Assembly: GCA_964016885.1 (NCBI GenBank)
Contig: OZ024744.1
Location: forward strand, 79,422,001 to 79,486,000
Reading direction: 5' to 3'
DNA length: 64,000 bases
From: Eledone cirrhosa
Lineage: Eukaryota
Shown here: positions 54,885 through 64,000 of the stretch, one piece after another
Position numbering within the stretch: position 1 is the first letter of the stretch
Layout of the letters: each line of letters starts with the position of its first letter
Made by a program: the position numbers and the translations under genes
The notes under the pieces: generated by a model
Databases searched by the model: none
The model's input: the letters and a program-made list of their open reading frames with translations, nothing else
What the model was told of the DNA's origin: nothing

Positions 54885-55249
54885 CTGTATATACTCAAAT
54901 ATAAGCCGATCCAAATATAAACTGACCCCACTCTATTTTATGCATGAGAAATGGGCAAAAATCCAAACCTTGTTTATAAGCACCCCCCCCCCTTTACTAT
55001 AGATTTTTTGTTTTGTTTTATATTCCACACTATAAATGTGGTTGGTGTTAGGAAGGGCATCCAGCTGTAAAGTACCCAGCCAAATTTACAGTCCTCGACT
55101 GAGCAAGGTGCGACAAATGGCCATCCCTGGCTAGACTTGCTTCCCAGTGTGGACGACCCGTCTAACCCATGCAAGCATGGAAAAATTGATAGTAAACGGA
55201 AATGATGATGAGGTTGATGATTCTTCGGCTTATATTCAAGTATATATGG
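54885..55249. mobile_element. pogo-like MITE containing an RTE 3' UTR insertion
   Basis: TA|ctgtatatactcaaatataagccga ... tcggcttatattcaagtatatatgg|TA. Confidence 0.7.
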
Positions 55250-55490
55250 TAAATATAACAGAAAATGTTGAAACATCTTGAAGGTACCACATACTTTTGT
55301 AAACATCAATATTGGTTCAACAACAACTTTGAAATTAGACTCCTCTTCTCTATCCTGTCCACTAGGATAACGAGGTGGTGATTTATACTAGTATTGAGTG
55401 TTATATCAATTTCTATGCAATGATAGTTAAAGAATATCACGTTATTAATGTTGTTTAGGCACCAGGTCAGTCTTGATGGATTGTATAGTG

Positions 55491-55612
55491 CAGGCATGTC
55501 AAACTGGGGTCACATTTGTGTTGTCTGAGGGCCACACATGACAACTAATTTTATGAAACCTTTGTGTGGGCTACAGGTGTGCTTGTAAAGGGCTGCAAGT
55601 TTTACATTCCTG
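55491..55612. mobile_element. hAT MITE with perfect 8-bp TSD
   Basis: GTATAGTG|caggcatgtcaaa...ttttacattcctg|GTATAGTG. Confidence 0.8.
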
Positions 55613-56610
55613 GTATAGTGCACACAATAATTATATGTGTATGGAGGCACATGGCTTAGTAGTTAGTGCATTGGCCTTGCAATAGAAAGGTTGTGAGTTC
55701 AATTCTCAGGCCGGGTGATGTGTTGTTTCCTTGAGCAAGACACTTTATTTCACATTGCTCCAGTTTACTTAGCTGTAGAAATGAAATGATAGGACTGGGG
55801 TCCCTATCATTCCACTGTAAAGTGGTCGTGGAGGTGCCACGGAAAAAAAGCACCCAGCACTCACTGTAAATGAGGTTGGTGTTAGGAAGGGCATCCAGCT
55901 GTAGAAATCAAGCCAGTGTCAGTTCCTGTCCCACCCTTGCAAGCAGGGAAAAGCGGATGTAAAATGATGATGATGATGATGTATGTAATTAAGCCCCCAT
56001 CAAATTTCTAAACCTGAACATAAATTACATCTAGAACAAACTCAAACTTATCTTCGGAATAAGACTTTTGAATGTTGTAACCCATTAACAATAAACTCAG
56101 AAAATCAAAGACAACTATAAACTCAACACCTATACTAGATCTAGAGGTGTAACTAGAGTATGGCAAACATGGCACATGAATGGGCGCCACATGGACTAGG
56201 AGCATGTTCTATTACAGCCAAATAAGTCTCATAGGGGAATGAAAAAAGAAACTCCTTCAGATGTATGAACTGTATCTGATTATCATGGGTGAGAACACTA
56301 TGGTGGCTGGATCATTAAACCATTTATACAAATTATTAGGTCCATAGGTAAAAATTCAGTGCTGGACAGGGGTACAATTTCACTGTTTGCCATAGGCCCT
56401 ATTTTCGCTAGTTATGCCTCTGACTCAGTCTCAGACACTATCTATATTTCCTGACTCTTATATTCCATAAACCACTAGTATAGGTGAGACAGACTTTATC
56501 AAGCTGCAGCTGTCATATTATGCAGTTTCTGTATAAAAAAAAAAAATTTAAATGACAAGCAAAACAGAATAATCAATTATCTTTTATCAAAGAGATATAA
56601 AAGTCTTTAA

Positions 56611-57570
56611 CCCTTTCAATATCATTTATCTAATGAAAAACACTGCTTGTGATTTTTAAATAATTTTGAAAATAATAAAGAATTTGGAAGTTCTTATGAA
56701 ATAATTGTTTCTACTTTTGGCACAAGGCCAGTAATTCCCCCAGTGCATTACTGGTGCTTTATTTTTACCGACCCTGTAAGGATGAAAGGCAAAGCTAACC
56801 TTTGCGGGATTTGAACATAAAGGGCCATAACGTTATGCTGCAAAGCAAGGTGTCTGATGCTCTACTGATACTGCCAGTCCACTGCCAGTTCTTATATGAA
56901 ATAATGTTAGAAAGTTTTTAGATAAATATAAATACTTTAATGACTAAATATTAACACTGCTTTTGATTTTCAAATAAAGAATTTAGAAGGATTTAGTAAT
57001 ATAACTACTTATCTCATTATTATCTGGTGTTTGAAGTAAAACAACTTAAAACGATAGAAGGTTTATAGATAAATATATACACTTTAAAATACAGGGTGGG
57101 CCAAAAGCCACTTCTTACCTATTTTTATTAATGGTATGGACATGTGATGTGCATGGAGGATGACTGCTGGGTAAAGAAGTGCCAAGAAATGCCAGTTGAA
57201 GGAAGACCACAAAAAACATGGGCGGAGGTGGTGAGAACAGACCTCAGATCGCTGAAGCTCACGGTGGAGATGACGAAGGACCGTGACAAGTGGAGAGATG
57301 CTGTGCTGAATAGGACCCGTTCCCACCCTTGCAAGCAGAGAAAAGCGGACGTAAAATTATGATGAAAACATTACAAATAAACTCAAAACTAAATTTTTTT
57401 GGATGGTGTATTTTTCCATAATTGGATCTTGTTTTTATTCAACTTTAATCTGAAAGGAAAAAAAAGAATATTTTAATAATAAAAACATTATAAATTTTTT
57501 TTAATAGGAAGTGACTTTTGGCCCACCCTGTATATAGTTTTGCATTGTGGGTGGTTTGGTATCAAAAGGG
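56611..57570. mobile_element. piggyBac-like MITE hosting nested insertions
   Basis: TTAA|ccctttcaatatca ... tggtatcaaaaggg|TTAA. Confidence 0.7.
57092..57530. mobile_element. Tc1/mariner MITE with an RTE 3' fragment (57132-57365) inside
   Basis: TA|cagggtgggccaaaag ... cttttggcccaccctg|TA. Confidence 0.82.
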
Positions 57571-58368
57571 TTAAGAAGTATAAAAGAGGCATGTGATGAA
57601 TGTGGTCTGCAGCTAACAGTATATTGTCATCTTATGAATATTTGAAAAAAGATTTATGAACCACCACAGACATGAGATTCATCTTTTGACTTGGCTGCTG
57701 TTGTTAATTAAACTGCTAACTGAAGAAAAAAAAGGAAATTTTAAAAGCTGGAAGTCGCTTTTTAAAAACTGCTTTGAAATGACAACAATAATAAAAAAAA
57801 AAGGAAAGGAAACAAAAGAAAAAAGAATAGGAAAATATAGAGAAAAGAAAGAAAAAAGACTGGGGACGGGATGGCAAGAACTCTGGTGTCACAGAATAGA
57901 GGGGAAGGTGATTGGGCTTTGGGCAGAAGGGCTGCATCCCGTGGGCAAGACCGTAAAAGCGGACAGTGATACCTGCTGCAACAGCCACCCCACCTTGCGG
58001 GGCTCCCTCCTCAGAGGGGCCCCCCGACGTTCCGATCTTGTGGAGGAGTTCGACTGTACGGGAGTCCAAGTATGTCTTGATTCCTCAATTAATGAGGATA
58101 TTCTTCCCTCAGTTTCACAAAGACCAGAAAACAGTACAGCTTGCTTGCAGTCTTAAACTTGGGCCATTTGATACTAAACCACCAGAAAACGCTGCCTCTG
58201 ATTTTATCTATTTTAAAGAGTTTGTTTATCTAAAAATTTTACTTTTATGTAAAAAAAAAAAAACAACAACCTTTGTTAAATTATGTAGAAGTTATATTTA
58301 ATTTGTTGGGATACAAGCAAATATTTTTATAACTGATATAAAGCACTCAACAAATTTTTGGAGTAAAA

Positions 58369-58734
58369 ATACAATATACTAACAAATGGAAACTATATTT
58401 ATAAAACCATATTTATTTCTTTATACATATTTCAAGGATACCAAAGCAAATTATGGTGCGCTTTCATCAGATAAAATATAATATAGATCAGTTTTATAAA
58501 CAAATATTGACATACCCTTAAAGAATGTAACCATGTCGGTTAGAAGCTCCCGGGAGCATCCAACCGACATGGTTGCATTCTTTAAGGGTATGTCAATATT
58601 TGTTTATAAAACTGATCTATATTATATTTTATCTGATGAAAGCGCACCATAATTTGCTTTGGTGTCCTTGAAATATGTATAATGAAATAAATATGGTTTT
58701 ATAAATATAGTTTCCATTTGTTAATATATTGTAT
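58369..58734. mobile_element. Fold-back element D, spacerless 366-bp near-palindrome with a hammerhead in each arm (58414-58478 -, 58625-58689 +)
   Basis: Centre ccc|ggg at 58551/58552; tattttat-CTGATGA-aagcgcacca..tggtgtcctt-GAAA-tatgta-TA-atgaaata. Confidence 0.87.
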
Positions 58735-58745
58735 ATATATATTGA

Positions 58746-61700
58746 TATACTTTGGGAGGGTCATGTTGCCAATAAGAAACACACATACCAGTTGCTTTCA
58801 CTTCAATTTATTATAATAAATTTATAAATTTAGGAATTTATAAATTTCCGGTTGGTTGGTTGGTTCCACAACCAGATGGTTGTTTATATATTGTCAAAGT
58901 TCTTTCGTCCCACATTCTGTGACCTCTTCAGTGACTGGGGATTCTTTTCTTTGTTTTTTGTGTGTGTGTTGTGTGCTTAGTTTGCGTATGTGTTACATCT
59001 GGGTGTGTGTGTGTTTATATTCGTTTATTTATTTGTTTATTTACATGTTAGTGGTTGGTTGTTTGTTCTATGTGTGTGTGTGTTTTCATTTTGTCCTTAA
59101 TTGTAAGTTGTGATGTTGCTGTTCCACTCATGTTTTCTATTTAATTTTGGTTGTAATTCATTTATGTTTATTGCCTCTGTGATTTGTCTAAACATTGCGT
59201 CTTTTCTGTGTGTAGATTCTATTTTTATTTCTATGTTCTCTAATTTACCCTTATGTTCTATTTTAGCATGTTGGTAGAGTACAGATGATTTTTTACTATC
59301 TTGAAGGTCTCGCCAGTGTTCATTTATCTGTTCCCCTATACTACGAGCTGTCTCACCTACGTACACTATATTTTTATCTCTATATTGTCCTTCAGTACAT
59401 CTTATGCTATATACTACATTACTAGTTTTACAGTTAATATGGGGGCTTAATTTACAGATTATACATTTCTTATCTATACAGGGAGGTCTTTGAAAAGGGT
59501 ATGTCTTGCTAATAAGTGTTTTTATGGAGGTACCTGGTCTTTCTACTATATTAATATTGAGTTTATGTTTATCTAGGGCCCTTCTAAATTTGTAAGCTAA
59601 TTCACCTCTAAGGGTTGTTGTATCGATGAACATTACACTCTGGTATTTATTGCTATCATACCATAAGTTTATTCTATTAGCCTTATTCCTAGTTCTTTCT
59701 ATTCTATTCCAAAATTTGCTCCTATACAAGGGGCAGGTCCCATTTGTGTCATTATTTACCATTTTTTCCCATTTGGTTCTGGCTCCTCTATACACTCTGA
59801 TTTTATCTCTCTGATTGTAACCAGAAAACTGCATACGGTGGATGAAGTGTTGTATGTGTCTCTCTTCTTCGGGGTTGCACATGGGGGACACGTTTCTCAT
59901 CACCCGTACCAAATCCGCAATCAGTATGTTGATTTTGGTGGATCAGATATTTGGAAGTCATGGGTTTGGCATAATGGAAATGGAGGATTTGTCTTTTGTT
60001 ATTAATGGTATCTAACCAGAGCTCTGTGTCTAGTACAGGTAATCGATGGTTGGGGTGTTTGCTTGGGTAGTCTATAGTAGCTCTAATACACTAGTGGATG
60101 GAGTTAGCTATTTGCTGGATGCTTTCCATTGTGTTTTTCTCTAATTCCTGACTGTTCTCTAGTGGGAGTGTTTAACTACGATGTTTATATGATCAACGTA
60201 GCGGGAGTACATTATCAGGGTTAAGGGGTCTTCTAATTGTTCTTTAAGTTTATCCCACGGAATTCAACATTGCTCTCACTGATCATTTCTACGCATTTCT
60301 CCACAGCAATTGATACCAGTGAGCTGGGACTCCTACTTAAACTTACCTATAGTAATAATTATCTAGACACATATGACCTTAGCAACCTGTGCCCTACAAG
60401 ACCAGCAAGAGGCAGACCACCTACCATTACCTCAATGGCCAAGAAAACCCACACAGATAGGTGTAACGGGTGGACCAGAGCCATACGGACCCCCGAAAAC
60501 TACGATGAAATAAAGAAAATGATTGCACATGCGGTGGGGGCCAGCACAAAATTAACCCTTAAGGAACATATGTTCAAATTTAATGGAAAAACATATGCCC
60601 AAGAGGAGGGAGCAGCCATTGGTGTTAGTATTGCAGGCGACATAGCTAACCTATTCATGGTATGGTGGGACAGTAGACTTAAACTTAAACTTAAAGTACA
60701 ATTAGAAGACCCCTTAACCCTGATAATGTACTCCCGCTACGTTGATGATATAAACATCATAGTTAAGACACCCCCACTAGAGAACAGTCAGGAATCAGAG
60801 AAAAACAGAATGGAAAGCATCCAGCAAATAGCTAACTCCATCCACCAGAGTATTAGAGTTACTATAGACTACCCAAGCAAACACCCCAACCATCGATTAC
60901 CTGTACTAGACACAGAGCTCTGGTAAGATACCATTAATAACAAAAAACAAATCCTCCATTTCCATTATGCCAAACCCATGACTTCCAAATATCTGATCCA
61001 CCAAAATCAACATACTGATTGCGGATTTCGTACGGGTGATGAGAAACGTGTCCCGCATGTGCAACCCCGAAGAACTAGAGAGACACATACAACACTTCAT
61101 CCACCGTATGCAGTTCTCTGGTTACAATCAGAGAGATAAGATCAGAGTGTATAGAGGAGCCAGAACCAAATGGGAAAAAATGGTAAATAATGACACAAAT
61201 GGGACCTGCCCCTTGTATAGGAGCAAATTTTGGAATAGAATAGAAAGAACTAGGAATAAGGCTAATAGAATAAACTCATGGTATGATAGCAATAAATACC
61301 ATAGTGGAATGTTCATCGATACAACAACCCTTAGAGGTGAATTAGCTTACAAATTTAGAAGGGGCCCTAGATAAACATAAACTCAATATTAAGATAGTAG
61401 AAAGATCAGGTACCTCCATAAAAACACTTATTAGCAAGACATACCCTTTTCAAAGACCTCCCTGTATAGATAAGAAATGTATAACCTGTAAATTAAGCCC
61501 CCATATTAACTATAAAACTAGAAATGTAGTATATAGCATAAGATGTACTGAAGGACAATATAGAGATAAGAATATAGTGTACGTAGGTGAGACAGCTCGT
61601 AGTATAGCGGAACGGATGAATAAACACTGGCGAGACCTTCAAGATAGTAAAGAATCATCTGTACTCTACCAACATGCTAAAATAGAACATAAGGGTAAAT

Positions 61701-62272
61701 TAGAGAACATAGAAATAAAAATAGAATCTACACACAGAAAAGACGCAATGTTTAGACAAATCACAGAGGCAATAAACATAAATGAACTCCAACCAAACTT
61801 AAATAGAAAACATGAGTGGAACAGCAACATCACAACAACACACGCACATAGAACAAATAAACCAAATAGTAACATGTAAATAAACAAATAAATAAACGAA
61901 TATAAACACACATACACCCGGATGTAACACATGCGCAAACTAAGCATACAACACACACACAAAAACAAGATGGCGTAGGACAGAACAAAGGAGAGGCACA
62001 AAAAACAAAGAAAAGAATCCCCAGTCACTGAAGAGGTCACAGAATGTGTGACGAAAGAACTTTGACAATATATCAACAACCATCTGGTTGTGGAACCAAC
62101 CAACCAACCAACCAGAAATTTATAAATTCCTAAATTTATAAATTTATTATAAATTGAAGTGAAAGCAACTGGTGCGTGTGTTTCTTATTGGCAACATGAC
62201 CCTCCCAAAGTATAACAATATCGGTTTCAACACACGTTTTCAGATAAAGAATCTTGCTAAACAAATTCAGAA

Positions 62273-62275
<3 letters not shown>
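58746..62275. mobile_element. Penelope-like element (Naiad-like RT plus GIY-YIG) as a large inverted duplication: - copy 58746-~60258, + copy ~60310-62275
   Basis: RT YAQEEGAAIG..IANLFMVWWD, YSRYVDD, LPVLDTELW; CIDKKCIIC..C linker; YVGETARS; HHRs 58893-58935 (-) and 62024-62066 (+): gtca-CTGAAGA-ggtcaca gaatg tgtgac-GAAA-gaac-TT-tgac. Confidence 0.92.
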
Positions 62276-62323
<48 letters not shown>

Positions 62324-64000
62324 ACCCTTGCAACCAGGGAAAAGTGGACGTAAAATGATGATGATGATGATATATATACGATAGTTATATGACGATGTGA
62401 CAGGAGTGAAAAGAAGACCAAGAAAGACTTGTGTAGATGTGGTGAGAGTGGATCTCACAGAAAAAATGACAAAAAGAAAGAACGCTCTTGATTTCGTCAT
62501 CATACGAACCCCAGCACTTTTTTTTCAAGTTTGTTACTTATTCTATCGATCGAACAGCTATGTTACGGGATATAAACAAAACACACATGCACGCACGCAC
62601 GCACGCACGCACGCACACACACACTTGGGGTATTATTACCAGTACATTACTGGTTCTTTATTTTATCGAGCCCGTAAGGATGAAAAGCAAAGTTTACCTC
62701 GGCGGGATTTGAACTTAAAACGTAAAGGACCATAACTCTATGCTGCAAAGCATGTTGTCCGATGCTCTACCGATTTTTCCAATCCACCGCCCTGACAACA
62801 AACTTTATATAGTGAGTTACATAAATCTACCCAATAATCTGACTGGTACTTATTTTATAGACCCATAAAAGATGACAGATAAAGTTGAGTATGGTTAGAT
62901 TTGAACAGACGTAATTCAGTGCCGCAGTTAACTGTTCGACATTCTACGAGTTCAGTGCCATCCCCTCCCCAACCACCACCTTGTAATAATTATTTCTAAA
63001 ATATGTACATGACAAGACTAATTCAATAGATACGAGTACTTCATTGGTACTTTAGCAATCAACACAATTATTGTGTCCAGCGATCACTTTCCTAATGACA
63101 CAACGATTTTGTGATATGAATATTTATATTTAAATTTTTTCTTTTTTTTTTTCTTTTAGAAAATGAATATTCAGTCTGTTTAGGATAGGATTGGCCAGAA
63201 ATACAAAGAAAGGAAATAACACAATGACATTTTAGCTGGCCAGACTTATTAAGGTATTGTTCTCTAAATATCAATCTCATAGATTTGATATTGTGAGATA
63301 AAGCCTTTACCATGAAAATATAATACTGTAAATAATAGAGTAATGTAAATCTTATGGGGTTAAACCCACCTGAACTGCTCCTGGTTCTATGATCTCAAAC
63401 TGTATAGCTTAAATAAATGGCCGCCATCATTTTATATAAGAACATGGTGAAAGTATTATATGTGACCAGATGGACAAACTGTCATTATAATCCATAATAT
63501 GGCGGTGAATTGGCAGTATCGGTAGAGGGTTGGACGCCATGCTTTCTAGCATAGTTACGTCCCTTTACAATCTGAGTTCAAATCCCGCCGAGGTTAACTT
63601 TGCCTTTCATCCTTACGGGGTCGATAAAATAAAGTACCAGTAATGTACTGAATAATTGCTGGCCTTGTTGCTAAAGTAGAAACAATTATAATCCTGCAAT
63701 ACACTGTAGTTCCTGGTGTTGAAGACACTACTTTTTCCCTAAAATAAGTCTCAAAAATCTACCTTACGTCTTGGAGGCCGAAGGTTGTTTATTATTCCAA
63801 GCTTAACTTTGCCTTTCATCCCTAAGGGGTCGATAAAATAAAGAACCAGTTAGAACCAGTAATTAACTGGGGGTAATTGCTGGCCTTGTGCTAATAGTAG
63901 AAACATTTATTGATATTACCTGTATAGAGATTAGAATATTCAAATGTTTAGTGTTAGATAGACGCATAAAACTACATTAGCACGACATTCTTGAGTCAGA

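Overview
AT-rich, repeat-dominated animal genomic DNA. The SINE/LINE repertoire and the very long (TA)n tracts suggest an octopus-like cephalopod, but this is inference only. No complete host gene is recognisable; there is one candidate promoter with a first coding exon near 34.4-34.7 kb. The window is a mosaic of RTE-clade LINEs, a decayed CR1 LINE, an R4-like fragment, Penelope-like elements (PLEs), two tRNA-derived SINE families, MITEs, minisatellites and a 200-N gap. The main hidden signal is RNA structure: about 22 type I hammerhead ribozyme (HHR) motifs in at least six sequence families. They occur in (i) ~410-420 bp tandem retrozyme-like repeats, (ii) four short non-coding fold-back elements with a hammerhead in each arm, (iii) an inverted-repeat element whose hammerhead has the variant core CAGAAGA, and (iv) the terminal repeats of coding PLEs. 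All folds were derived by eye and none is tested.
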